A stretch of DNA of 64,000 nucleotides, taken from the NCBI GenBank assembly GCA_964277755.1, contig CAXYJY010000043.1, positions 14,237 to 78,236 of the forward strand, read 5' to 3'. This document shows, in pieces, positions 38,381 through 48,565 of the stretch. A model generated the notes under the pieces. That model was not told the origin of the DNA, ran no database searches, and was given only the letters and a program-made list of their open reading frames with translations. Source of the DNA: an uncultured Hymenobacter sp. (GTDB taxonomy: Bacteria > Bacteroidota > Bacteroidia > Cytophagales > Hymenobacteraceae). The first letter of the stretch is position 1; every line of letters begins with the position of its first letter. The translations under genes and the position numbers were made by a program.

Positions 38381-39187
38381 TTGAAACGACACCTCCCCAA
38401 CGCCCTTACCTGCGTCAATTTGCTCTGCGGCTGCATCGCCCTTACCTTCATTTTTGGGGGCAACCTCGTGGTGGCGGCCTATTTCGTGGGCATCGCGGCC
38501 GTGGCCGACTTCTTCGACGGGCTGGTGGCGCGGGCGCTACGCGTGTCGTCGCCCATCGGCAAAGACCTGGATTCGCTGGCTGATATGGTGTCGTTTGGAG
38601 TGGTGCCGGGGGCAATATTGTATACGTTGCTTTCAAGTCCTGGTGTCAGCCCTTTCAATGTAGTGCCCGGTTCTTCTGCAGATTTCATTGCTGTAAAATA
38701 TAGTTATGGTAGCTCTGCATCGTTACTGCATCTTGAGTTGCTCATACCTTACTTAGGCTTTGTCGTCAGCATTTTCTCAGCACTGCGCCTTGCCAAATTC
38801 AATAACGATACTCGTCAAACGACCTCTTTTATTGGGCTGCCTACGCCAGCTTGTACGCTGGTAGTGGCCTCACTGCCCCTCATTTTGGCGCATGACGTAT
38901 TCAATCTGGAAACAATTATTCGTAACCCTTGGGTGCTCATATGCCTCACGGTGCTGCTTTCGGGCCTGCTGGTGGCCGAGCTGCCGCTCTTCGCCCTGAA
39001 ATTTAAGAACCTACAGTGGCGCGGCAACCGCCGGCGGTTTATTTTTGTAGGGCTGGCGTTGGGGCTGGTGCTGTGGCTAAAGGCGGCGGGCGTGCCGCTG
39101 GCGGTGCTGCTCTACGTGCTGCTGTCGATACCCGGCCGGGTGCGCAGCCGCGACGCCGCTGAGGCGGCCCCAGCCAAGCCGCAATAA
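38381..39187 (+). CDS. pssA: CDP-diacylglycerol--serine O-phosphatidyltransferase
   Basis: PNALT, DFFDGLVAR, GKDLDSLADMVSFG, LRLAKFN, FIGLPTPA; TTG start inferred. Confidence 0.88.
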   Translation: MKRHLPNALTCVNLLCGCIALTFIFGGNLVVAAYFVGIAAVADFFDGLVARALRVSSPIGKDLDSLADMVSFGVVPGAILYTLLSSPGVSPFNVVPGSSADFIAVKYSYGSSASLLHLELLIPYLGFVVSIFSALRLAKFNNDTRQTTSFIGLPTPACTLVVASLPLILAHDVFNLETIIRNPWVLICLTVLLSGLLVAELPLFALKFKNLQWRGNRRRFIFVGLALGLVLWLKAAGVPLAVLLYVLLSIPGRVRSRDAAEAAPAKPQ

Positions 39188-39297
39188 TTTCAGCCCGTGC
39201 GCAGTTAGCAAGGGCGCGGCCGGAACCTGGCGCGAATGCTTCAGGTTGGGGCCGGGCGGCCCGGCCGGGCTAGTATGCAGTAAATCAGCGGTTGTCT

Positions 39298-42200
39298 ATG
39301 CCAAAAATTTTCCTCTCTGTCTGGGCTCTGGTAGTGTTGCTGGGCGGCGGGCTGCCGGCCCATGCCCAAAGCGGCGAGCAAACCGCCCCCGCCCGCGTGA
39401 GCTGGGGCGGCTACGCGCAGCTGCCCGCCGCCAACGGTACCACCCGCAAGGTGCCCACCTTCCGCGAAGCCTACCACGGGCCGGGCGAGCTGGTGGGCAC
39501 CTTCACGCTGCGGGTGCCCGGCACCGTGGCCACTGGCACCCTGCGCGATGCCGTGTACGAGCCCTTCCCGGCCGCCGACGCGGCCCTGCTGAGCGCCGCC
39601 ACGCTCACGGCCGCGCCGGGCGTGCGCCTGCGCTTCGGCTACGAGGCGCGCCGGCCCTACAGTTACGTGCTGGTGCAGCCCGCCCGCCGCAACCCCCAGA
39701 CCGGGCAGCCCGAGCGGTTGGTGTCCTTTACTTACGCCTACCAGACCGATGGGGGCGGAGCCAACCGCCCCACGGCCCCGGTCGCCCGGCCGCACAACAT
39801 CCAGACGTCGGTGCTGAACAGCGGCGATTGGTTTAAAATCGGGGTGCCCACCAGCGGCATGTATAAGCTCGACCGCGACGCGCTCGGCAAGCTGGGCATC
39901 AACACCGGCGCTACCGACCCACGCCGCATTCAGGTGTATGGCAACGCCACGGGGATGTTGCCCCAGGCCAACGCCGCCCCCCGCCCCGACGACCTAGTAG
40001 AGAATAACGTGTTGCTGGTGAACGACAACAACGACGCCACCTTCGACGCCAACGAGTTTATTTTGTTCTACGCGCCGGGGCCGCATACCTGGGCCATCGA
40101 CAGCACCAACAAGGTGCCCACCAGCTTCCGCCACCTCAACAACGTGTACTCCGACACGGCCTACTATTTTGTGCGGGTAGGGCCGGCGGCCGGGCGGCGC
40201 GTGCCCACGGCCGCCGCGCCGGCCGGGCAGCCCACGGGCGCGCCCATCACTACGTTTATGGACCGCCGCTTCTACGAGCGCGATTTGGTTAATCTGATGC
40301 ACTCAGGCCGGCACTGGCTGGGCGAAACTTTCAGCGCTGGCTCTTCGCAAAGCTTCATCTTCAGCGCCGATGGCCAGCCCGCCCTTACCGACCTGGTGGT
40401 GGGTAGCCCGGCCCGCCTGCGGGTGGCCGTGGCGGCGGCCACGTTGCAGCCCTCGGCCTTTCAGGTCAGCCTCAACGGAGCCGCGCTGCCGGGCAGCACG
40501 GCGATTACGCCGCTCTCGAACGCGGCTTTCAGTACGGTAGCCAATACCAACGTCGGCACTTACACCACGGCCATTACCAGCGCCACGAATGAGCCGCAGG
40601 TGACGCTGAATTTCCTGGCGTCCGACCCTACGGCGTCCGGCTACCTCGACTACCTCGAGCTGCTGGTGCAGCGCCAGCTGCGCCTGAGCGGCTCGGCGTT
40701 GGAGTTTCGGGCAATCGCGCTGCGCGGGGCGGGCTCGGTGGGCACCTACACGGTCGACAATGCCGGCGGGGCGCAGGTGTGGGAAGTAACCAACCCGCGC
40801 CGCCCGCGCGCGCAGGCGCTCAGCAACGGCAGCTTCGTGGCCTACACCGACTCGGTGCGCGAGTACGTGGCGTTTCAGCCCAATGGCAGCTTTCCCACGC
40901 CCCGGCCCTTCGGCCGCGTGGCTAACCAAAACCTGCACGCCCTCAACGTGAGCGGCGACCTAGATTTGGTTATCGTGACTTACCCGGCCTTCCGGCGGCA
41001 GGCCGAGCGCCTGGCCCAGCACCGCCGCGACAACAACGGCCTGAAAGTAGAGGTAGTGACGACCAGGCAGATATACAACGAGTACAGCTCGGGCGCGCAG
41101 GACGTGACGGCCATCCGCGACCTGATGAAGCAGGTGTACGACCGCAACCCCGACCCCAGCGTGCGCCGCAACTACCTGCTGCTGTTCGGCGATGCGTCGT
41201 TCGACTACAAGTCCTCGGCCTTCAACGACCAAAGCCAGCAGCCCGGCTGGTGGAAAAGCCGCCGCCCTTTCAAGGTCATCGACGCCGACTTGTACAACCA
41301 GAATATGGTGCCGACCTACGAGTCGCGCGAGTCATTCTTGCCGGTGGCCGGCTATCGCGACAATGCGGAAGGCGTGTCGTCGTACTCCTCAGAAGACTAC
41401 TACGGCCTGCTCGACGATAACGAGGGCCGGTGGGAAGAGTTTGGGGTGGGTGCCTACGAGTCGTGCGACATCGGCATCGGCCGCCTGCCGGTGCGCCCCC
41501 CGCGCGACCGCCGCGAGCAGGCCACCAACGACGACCAGGCCCGCCAGGTGGTCGATAAGATTATCGCCTACGACGCTACCGCCAGCTTTGGCAAGTGGCG
41601 CAACCGCATGACGCTCACCGCCGACGACAACGACCCCAACATCGGCATGGCGTTCACCATCGAGTCGGAAACGGACTTTGCCCCCGAAATCCAGAAAGAC
41701 GAGCCGGCCTACAACATCCGCAAGGCCTACCTCGACCTGTACCCGCAGGTGAGCGTGGCGGCCGGGCAGCGCTCGCCGGCCGCCGAGGCGGCCATCAACG
41801 ATGCCCTCGACCAGGGCTCACTGCTGATTGGCTACACCGGCCACGGCGGCCCCACCGGCCTCGCCGACGAGCGCATCATCACCACGGCCTCGTTGCAAGC
41901 CCTCACCAACCAGAATCGGCTCACGTTCTTCGTCACCGGCACCTGCGACCTCAGCACCTACGACAACCCCGAGCTAACCTCGGCCGGCGAAACCGTGCTG
42001 ACCGACAACGTGACCGGCGGCGCGGTAGGGCTGTTTACGACTACGCGGGTAGTGTATGCGAATTTTAACACGCAGCTGGTGAAGTCGTTCTACGGCCAGG
42101 TGCTGTCGCGCAACGCGGCCGGCGACCTGCCGCTCATCGGCAATGCCAGCCGCATGGCTAAGATAACGGCCGGCCCCAGCGGCGACCTCAACAACCGCAA

Positions 42201-43335
42201 CTACACCCTGCTAGCCGACCCCACCACCCGCCTGGCCTACCCCCGGCAGCGCGTGGTTATCGACTCCATCAACGGCCGCAAGGTAGCGTCGGTACTGGTG
42301 AGCCTCGACACGCTGAAGGCCCTGAGCCAGGCCCGCGTGAGCGGCCACATCGAAAACCGGGGCGCGTTTAACGCGGGCTTCAACGGCACGGCCGACATCA
42401 CGATTTTTGATAAAGCCAATACCGTGAACACCCTCGGTGACCAGGGCGGCGTGCCCACCCCGGTGCAGGTGCAGGAAACGGTAGTGTACAGCGGGCAGGC
42501 GCGCGTGAGCAGCGGGCGCTTCAGCGTGAAGTTCATCGTGCCCAAGGACATCAACTACAGCCCTGGCCTGGGCAAAATCAGCCTCTACGCCGCCGACTAC
42601 ACCGCCAAGACCGACGCCCAGGGCTACCAGCTGGTGCCCATCGGCGGGGCGGCCAAAAACGCGCCCGGCGACACCACGCCCCCCGAGGTGCGGCTGTTTA
42701 TGGACGACGACTCGTTTGTGTCGGGCGGCCTCACGGGCGTGAATACGCTGCTGCTGGGCAAGCTCTTCGACCTTTCGGGCATCAATACCTCCAACGCCGG
42801 CGTGGGCCACGAGCTCACGGCTACCCTCGACAACGACCCCGCCAAGCTGGTTATCGTGAACGACTCGTACACGGCGGCCGTCAACGACTTCACCCGCGGC
42901 CAGATTCGCTACAATTACCGCAGCCTCGCGCCCGGCCCGCATACTATTAAGGTGAAAGCCTGGGATACCTATAATAACTCGGCAGAAGGCACCGTGGAGT
43001 TTATCGCGGCCCAGAAGGAAAGCCTGGCCCTCGACCACGTGCTGAACTACCCCAATCCGTTCAGCAACACTACCACGTTTCACTTCGACCACAACCGCGC
43101 CGGGCAGGAGCTCGACGTGCAGGTGCAGATATTCACGGTGGCTGGCCGCCTGGTGAAAACCCTGCACGCGAACGTGATGACCAGCACCTCGCACGACAAG
43201 ACGATAACCTGGAATGGCCGCGACGACTACGAAGACCAGCTGGCGCGCGGCGTGTACGTGTACCGGATTTTGGTGCGGTCGACTGCTGATAGCCAGCAGG
43301 TTAGTAAATTTGAAAAATTAGTGCTATTAAATTAG
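39298..43335 (+). CDS. porU: T9SS sortase PorU (C25 peptidase)
   Basis: VLNSGDWFKI, LLLFGDASFDYK, YTGHGG (His), TGTCD (Cys), LNYPNPF CTD; upstream of porV. Confidence 0.96.
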   Translation: MPKIFLSVWALVVLLGGGLPAHAQSGEQTAPARVSWGGYAQLPAANGTTRKVPTFREAYHGPGELVGTFTLRVPGTVATGTLRDAVYEPFPAADAALLSAATLTAAPGVRLRFGYEARRPYSYVLVQPARRNPQTGQPERLVSFTYAYQTDGGGANRPTAPVARPHNIQTSVLNSGDWFKIGVPTSGMYKLDRDALGKLGINTGATDPRRIQVYGNATGMLPQANAAPRPDDLVENNVLLVNDNNDATFDANEFILFYAPGPHTWAIDSTNKVPTSFRHLNNVYSDTAYYFVRVGPAAGRRVPTAAAPAGQPTGAPITTFMDRRFYERDLVNLMHSGRHWLGETFSAGSSQSFIFSADGQPALTDLVVGSPARLRVAVAAATLQPSAFQVSLNGAALPGSTAITPLSNAAFSTVANTNVGTYTTAITSATNEPQVTLNFLASDPTASGYLDYLELLVQRQLRLSGSALEFRAIALRGAGSVGTYTVDNAGGAQVWEVTNPRRPRAQALSNGSFVAYTDSVREYVAFQPNGSFPTPRPFGRVANQNLHALNVSGDLDLVIVTYPAFRRQAERLAQHRRDNNGLKVEVVTTRQIYNEYSSGAQDVTAIRDLMKQVYDRNPDPSVRRNYLLLFGDASFDYKSSAFNDQSQQPGWWKSRRPFKVIDADLYNQNMVPTYESRESFLPVAGYRDNAEGVSSYSSEDYYGLLDDNEGRWEEFGVGAYESCDIGIGRLPVRPPRDRREQATNDDQARQVVDKIIAYDATASFGKWRNRMTLTADDNDPNIGMAFTIESETDFAPEIQKDEPAYNIRKAYLDLYPQVSVAAGQRSPAAEAAINDALDQGSLLIGYTGHGGPTGLADERIITTASLQALTNQNRLTFFVTGTCDLSTYDNPELTSAGETVLTDNVTGGAVGLFTTTRVVYANFNTQLVKSFYGQVLSRNAAGDLPLIGNASRMAKITAGPSGDLNNRNYTLLADPTTRLAYPRQRVVIDSINGRKVASVLVSLDTLKALSQARVSGHIENRGAFNAGFNGTADITIFDKANTVNTLGDQGGVPTPVQVQETVVYSGQARVSSGRFSVKFIVPKDINYSPGLGKISLYAADYTAKTDAQGYQLVPIGGAAKNAPGDTTPPEVRLFMDDDSFVSGGLTGVNTLLLGKLFDLSGINTSNAGVGHELTATLDNDPAKLVIVNDSYTAAVNDFTRGQIRYNYRSLAPGPHTIKVKAWDTYNNSAEGTVEFIAAQKESLALDHVLNYPNPFSNTTTFHFDHNRAGQELDVQVQIFTVAGRLVKTLHANVMTSTSHDKTITWNGRDDYEDQLARGVYVYRILVRSTADSQQVSKFEKLVLLN

Positions 43336-43450
43336 GTTATTTGTGAGTTACTTGGCCGCTTAAATAGGATTACCTCGCATTAGCTAATTTCACTTTTAAA
43401 TAGGGTTATTCACCTGTTTTCTGCCGCGTTCGCCCGTTTTACCAAACCCC

Positions 43451-44629
43451 ATGACCTTGACTTTTTCTCGTTCGCTGGCCGTAGTGCCGGTGCTTTTGCT
43501 GGGGGCTTCGGCGGCTCTGGCCCAGAACCACACCATCACCACGGCCGTGCCGATTCTGACGCTGGCGCCCGACGCCCGCGGGTCGGCGCTGGGTGAAGCG
43601 GGGGCGGCTACCTCGCCCGATGCCAACGCCGCGTTTTACAACCCCGGCAAGCTGGGCTTCGTGCCCTACAAGTACTCCTTCTCGCCCAGCTACTCGCCCT
43701 GGCTGCGCAAAGTGACCGATGACATGAGCCTGAGCTACCTCTCGGGCTACGGTAAGGTGGGCGAGCGTGGCGCGTTCGCGGCCTCGCTCATGTACTTCAG
43801 CATGGGCCAGATAGACTACCGCGACGGCAGCAATCTGCCCAGCGGTAGCTTCAACCCCAAGGAGTACGCCGTGTCGGTATCGTATGGCCAGCGCCTGGGT
43901 GAGAACTTCGGCATCGGCATCTCGGCGCGCTACGTGCGCTCGAACCTTATCGGGTCTTACGCTGGCAACGACGCGCAGTCGGGCAACTCGTTTGCCGCCG
44001 ACCTTGGCGCGTACTACAGCAAGGAAATGGGCCAGTACAACGTGGCCTTCGGCGCGTCGATTTCCAACATCGGCAACAAGATGGTGTACCGCGACGCCGC
44101 CACGTCGAGCTTCCTGCCCACTACGCTGCGCCTGGGCACGGCCATCACCCGCGAGCTTGACCCCTACAACAAAATCACCTTCGTGCTCGACGCTACCAAG
44201 CTGCTCGTGCCCTCGCCCTATTACGACGATAGCAAGCCTTCGAACGACCCTGGCGTAAAAGCCCGGAATACCGAGCGCCAGCAGCAGGGCATCGTGTCGG
44301 GCATCTTCAGCTCGTTTAGCGATGCGCCGGGCGGGTTTAAGGAGGAGATGCAGGAAATCAACCTGGGTGGCGGCCTGGAGTACGCCTATGACAATAAAAT
44401 CATGGCCCGCGCCGGCTATTTCTACGAGAACCGCTACAAGGGCGACCGCCAGTACTTCTCGTTTGGCCTGGGCGCGCGCCTGTCGGTGTTCGGCGTCGAT
44501 GGCACGTACCTGGTGCCCAACTCGTCGGCCAACCCGCTGGCCGAGACCATCCGCGTCTCGCTGCACTTCAACCTGGAGAAGCTGGCCGACGCCTTCAGTG
44601 ACGGCGGCACCGGCGGCGCTACAAACTAA
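43451..44629 (+). CDS. porV: T9SS outer-membrane shuttle PorV
   Basis: ITTAVPILTLAPDARGSALGEAG, YSPWLRKV, RAGYFYE, NPLAETIRVSL. Confidence 0.96.
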   Translation: MTLTFSRSLAVVPVLLLGASAALAQNHTITTAVPILTLAPDARGSALGEAGAATSPDANAAFYNPGKLGFVPYKYSFSPSYSPWLRKVTDDMSLSYLSGYGKVGERGAFAASLMYFSMGQIDYRDGSNLPSGSFNPKEYAVSVSYGQRLGENFGIGISARYVRSNLIGSYAGNDAQSGNSFAADLGAYYSKEMGQYNVAFGASISNIGNKMVYRDAATSSFLPTTLRLGTAITRELDPYNKITFVLDATKLLVPSPYYDDSKPSNDPGVKARNTERQQQGIVSGIFSSFSDAPGGFKEEMQEINLGGGLEYAYDNKIMARAGYFYENRYKGDRQYFSFGLGARLSVFGVDGTYLVPNSSANPLAETIRVSLHFNLEKLADAFSDGGTGGATN

Positions 44630-44778
44630 ACGCCCGGCTCGGGGTTTATCCCCTGCCGCTGTCATGTGCAAGTTATCAACGCCTGCTCCAGCTTCTGGGG
44701 CAGGCGTTGTTGTGTGGGAGGCCTGAGAAAGGCGGCGCTTTACTTTTGCTACTTTCCGCTCCAAGCTTAGTCTCTCCT

Positions 44779-46065
44779 GTGCTCAACCGCCTGCTGCCGC
44801 CCCCGCCCCAGCCGTTTACCTCCATCATTTTGCCCACGCCCGAGGTGCGCCACCTGCCCAATGGGGCCCGGCTGCATTTGCTGGCCAATGCTGCCCAGCC
44901 CGTATTGCGCCTGCAGGTGGTGCTGCCCGCCGGCAAGCGCCAGGAGCCGGCTCCTGGCCTAGCCCAACTAGCCGCCCGCCTGCTCACCGAGGGCACCGCC
45001 ACGCGCACGGCTCGCCAGCTAGCCGACGAGGTAGCCTTCTACGGGGCTTCTTTGGAATGCGAGGCCGGGCCCGACCGTGCCACGCTCACGCTCTACTGCC
45101 TGGCGCGGCACCTGCCCGCCCTGCTGCCGCTGGTGCAGGAGGTGCTGGCCGCGCCAGCCTTCGGCGAGCCCGAGCTGCCCCAAATGAAAACCCGCATCAG
45201 CCAGAGCATGCGGGTCGAACGCCAGAAAACCAGCTTCCGGGCTACCGAAGAGTTTAATAAGCAGCTCTTTGGGGAGGAGGCAGCCTACGGGCGGCCTTTC
45301 AGCGAAGCATCATTTGGCCAGATTACGGCCGATGAATTGCGCGCCTTCCACGCCGCCGCCTATGCGCCGGCTGGGGCCGAGTTATTCTTGAGCGGCGACG
45401 TAGCCGCCTATGCCGAGGCCGTGGCCGAGGTGCTGGGCCAGTGGCAGCCGGTAGCCGGCGCCCCGGCAGAAGCGCCAATTGCTGCGCCGCTACCGGCTGC
45501 CCACCCCACGGGCCTGGTGTTGGTGCCGGTCGAGGGGAGCATTCAGGCGTCCATCCGGGTGGGGCGGCGCTGGCCGGCCCTCACCGCCGCCCAGACGCCT
45601 GAGCTACTGCTGCTGGTGAAGGTGCTGGGCGGCTACTTCGGCTCGCGGCTGATGAAGAACATCCGCGAAGACAAGGGCTATACCTACGGCATTCATGCCA
45701 GCGTGGTGGCTCGCGAGCAGGCCACTACGCTGGTTATCGGCACCGATGTCAATGGTGACCGCGCCGACGCTACCCGCCGGGAAATAGCCCATGAACTGGA
45801 GCGCCTGCAAACCGAGCTGCTTGCCGACGAAGAGCTCGAAATTGTCAAAAACTACACCCTGGGCAAGCTGCTGGGCGAAACGGCCACCGTGTTTGAGCAG
45901 GCCGACAAATACCGCCACATAATTCTACAGCACCTGCACCCCGACTACTACCCGCGCCTAGTACAGCAAACCCAGGCCGCCACCGCCGCCAGCCTGCAAG
46001 CCCTGGCCCGCACCTACCTCAGCCCCGCCGATATGCTGACCGTGGTGGCGGGCGGCAATGGGTAA
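44779..46065 (+). CDS. M16-family peptidase subunit, probably non-catalytic
   Basis: LPNGARL, LGGYFGSRLMKNIREDKGYTYG; HxxEH absent; GTG start supported by TACTTTTG at 44741. Confidence 0.85.
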   Translation: MLNRLLPPPPQPFTSIILPTPEVRHLPNGARLHLLANAAQPVLRLQVVLPAGKRQEPAPGLAQLAARLLTEGTATRTARQLADEVAFYGASLECEAGPDRATLTLYCLARHLPALLPLVQEVLAAPAFGEPELPQMKTRISQSMRVERQKTSFRATEEFNKQLFGEEAAYGRPFSEASFGQITADELRAFHAAAYAPAGAELFLSGDVAAYAEAVAEVLGQWQPVAGAPAEAPIAAPLPAAHPTGLVLVPVEGSIQASIRVGRRWPALTAAQTPELLLLVKVLGGYFGSRLMKNIREDKGYTYGIHASVVAREQATTLVIGTDVNGDRADATRREIAHELERLQTELLADEELEIVKNYTLGKLLGETATVFEQADKYRHIILQHLHPDYYPRLVQQTQAATAASLQALARTYLSPADMLTVVAGGNG

Positions 46066-46072
46066 GTAGGCG

Positions 46073-46429
46073 CTATCCCACTACCGCCTTTTCCAGCGTT
46101 TGCAGTAGCTCCTCCATCTTATCAGCGTAAGAATTAACAGTCGCAAGGCCCGTGCGGGCTTCCTCTATCTGGCCGCGCTGGTACTGCTGCACTAATGCCT
46201 GGCCGGCTTGCAGCGTGGCTTGCAGGGCTTGCTCGAGGGCGCGCACCTCGGGGCGGGCGGCGTAGTGGGGCTTCACGACGGTAGCGAGCCACTGGCCGAA
46301 AGGATTATCAGCCAGCGAAAACAGCGCCGCGTCGGCCTCGCGCACGCCGTAGAGCACCGAGCGCAGGCGCGACTTAAAGAGGACTTGCTTAATCCTGGCT
46401 TGTTGAAAATCCAACGTAGAAAGGGCCAT
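46073..46429 (-). CDS. Small helical protein resembling a CZB domain without the zinc ligands
   Basis: FKSRLRSVLYG, NPFGQW, PEVRAL pattern similar to CZB; His/Cys ligands not seen. Confidence 0.6.
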   Translation of the reverse strand: MALSTLDFQQARIKQVLFKSRLRSVLYGVREADAALFSLADNPFGQWLATVVKPHYAARPEVRALEQALQATLQAGQALVQQYQRGQIEEARTGLATVNSYADKMEELLQTLEKAVVG

Positions 46430-47207
46430 GCGCAGCAGCTGGGTGCCGGGTGGCAGCGCCAGAATAACAAATACAGGAGGAAAGCAGACGGCGCTAAGCC
46501 AGTAGTGGGGGGGGCGGCCGCCAGGGCCCCTGGCCGGGAGGTGGTTGATAAATAGGATTTCGAGGCGGGGGGGGCTAGGTTGGCCGTGGTGGATAGCAGC
46601 CGGGCCCCCGCCCGCTCGGTAGGAGCGGCCCCACTAATAGCCGCCCTCCAACCAAGCTTACCACCGGCCCCGGTGGCAGGTGTGGCCTGCCGGGGTGGCC
46701 AGTGGCGGCGGGCGGCGGGGTGGCCGATGGGGGAGTGAAATGCATACGAAAAGGGAAAAGGCTTGGTGGTAAAGTACTACAGGACCAAGCCGTTGGGCTT
46801 AGCCATGCGCGTTGCGCTACCGCGTTGCCTACCAATTCCAAAGATACGGCCTGGCTCCGTAGCACCCGGCAAGTGCCACCCGCGCGAGCGGCACTTGCCG
46901 GGTGCTACGGAGCCAGGCCGCGCCAGCCGCCCCACGTGGCAGCGTTATGCCACGGCTTAGCTACTGCCGCTAAGCTGCCGCCAGCCCCGGCGCGGGCTAC
47001 GTACTAATGCGGTATTCGCCAGCCAGCGCGTAGGTAACCGCCGCGCTGGCCGGCGTCTGGTTCGGCCGGGGCAGCCCCGGCTGCCCGGCGCACTGGCCGA
47101 GCCAAAATACCAATAAATACTATTATTGAATAAGTAGTTACCGGTTGGGCGGGTAGCGGGCGCGAAGATAATTTTGTCTTGCTTTTATCGTAGTTCACTA
47201 TCTCGCT

Positions 47208-47555
47208 ATGCAAGTTCGCGTCGAAAGGCTGCCTCAGGGCTGCCTGCTTATCCTGCACCCTGGTGCCACCAGCTACCGGCCACTGGCTCAGGCGCTACGC
47301 GACATCGCGCGTGGCCCGGTGGCCAGTGTGTGGGTCGATTGCCGCCACGTGTCGGCGCTACCAGCCAAAGTAGTGCAGGCCCTGCGCCGCGTGGCCGCCT
47401 GCCTGTGGCAGCGCGGCGGGCACTTGATAGTGTGCCATTTGCCCGCTACCGCCCGCGCCGCGCTCACGGCCGATGCCCACCAGCCCCTGGCCGCCTCACT
47501 ACTCGATGCCCAGCTCTACGGCCTGACTTGCCCTCGGCCCGAAACGAATAACTAG
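47208..47555 (+). CDS. STAS/anti-sigma-antagonist-like protein
   Basis: VWVDCRHVSAL...LWQRGGHLIVCHL pattern. Confidence 0.6.
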   Translation: MQVRVERLPQGCLLILHPGATSYRPLAQALRDIARGPVASVWVDCRHVSALPAKVVQALRRVAACLWQRGGHLIVCHLPATARAALTADAHQPLAASLLDAQLYGLTCPRPETNN

Positions 47556-47752
47556 TGCCCAGGGCCTGCGCTGGGTGCAGTAGCTTCTAGGTAATATACA
47601 ACTTCGTCTATTGTCAGGCGGCCTAATGCAAACTGGTTGAGCACTTGCCGATGCGCTGGTGCGACTTCCAGTGCAAAGCCATTCTTGTAAGAAATAGCGG
47701 CGCTGATGAGTGCCTGGCGGTTCTTTTCGGTAGCAGCAGAAATAGTAGTCAT
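47552..47752 (-). CDS. Small hypothetical protein, VbhA-antitoxin-like shape
   Basis: 66 aa, R..A..A..., FALGRLTIDEVVYYL; weak similarity only. Confidence 0.4.
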   Translation of the reverse strand: MTTISAATEKNRQALISAAISYKNGFALEVAPAHRQVLNQFALGRLTIDEVVYYLEATAPSAGPGH

Positions 47753-48095
47753 GATAAAACGGGTGGTTTAGGTAGAGTTTGTAAGTTAAAGTTAGAAAAT
47801 AAAAGTCGACAGTTATACTGTTTTCGTACAATTATTTTTAAAAATAACTTTCTGCTTTCTGGCAGCGGCCTACCACCCCAGCGGCTGCGGGAGTGCGCCA
47901 GCGGCTAGGCGGTACCAACTTATAGTGGTCCCATGCCGGCCGGGCAGTCAAGTATGGCTGGCTAAGAACCTTGCTAATAGTGGATTGGTAATAACGGTTT
48001 GGTGCTAAGGTCACCGAGGCTATGGTAGCGCTCAGTACAGGAGAGCTTACCGTCGAGAGGCAGCGCTACAACTATCACCCCAACGCGAGCAGCGG

Positions 48096-48380
48096 TTTGT
48101 GTAACCTGCGCCAAACAAATAGCTCCGCATCAACTACGCGGATATCCTGTACGTGGAGGGGCTGAACAGCTACGTGCTGCACCTGCCCTACGAGCGCATC
48201 GCTACCTGCCAGACCCTGGAGGAGCTGGCCGACTCGCTGCCGCAACCGCCGTTTATGCGGGTGCATAAGTCTTTCACCAGGAGCCTTTAATACGTGTGAC
48301 TGCTCGACTGCAACATGCTCTGCGTGTAGGATAAGCTTGTTCCCGTCAGCGATACCTGCCGCGAGGCCCGGTACCAAGTG
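48096..48380 (+). pseudogene. Degraded LytTR DNA-binding domain
   Basis: One frame reads FV*PAPNK*LRINYADILYVEGLNSYV...LPQPPFMRVHKSFTRSL*YV*LLDCNMLCV*DKLVPVSDTCRE; five in-frame stops. Confidence 0.82.
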
Positions 48381-48449
48381 GGGCGCAGCGGCCAGGGTAG
48401 GTGAGCCCTGCTGCGGTGGGGGAGGAGCGCACTGCGGCACGTGACAAAA

Positions 48450-48468
48450 TGTTTACTTATGCTCAACA
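48450..48468. promoter_or_regulatory. Candidate operator, copy 1 (TGTTTACTTATGCTCAACA)
   Basis: 15/19 identical to 60550-60568; about 100 nt upstream of MFS gene. Confidence 0.65.
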
Positions 48469-48565
48469 AGCGCACGCAATTTATTAACGCAGATACAACC
48501 CAGCCACAACCAGCCACGCTAAGTTAAAGCCCAATTTTGCCTACCGAAAATACCAGCCGGTAGTC

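Noticed and set aside
46575-46865. 96-aa Pro/Gly-rich ORF
   Set aside because: Low complexity, no recognisable motif; not supportable as a gene
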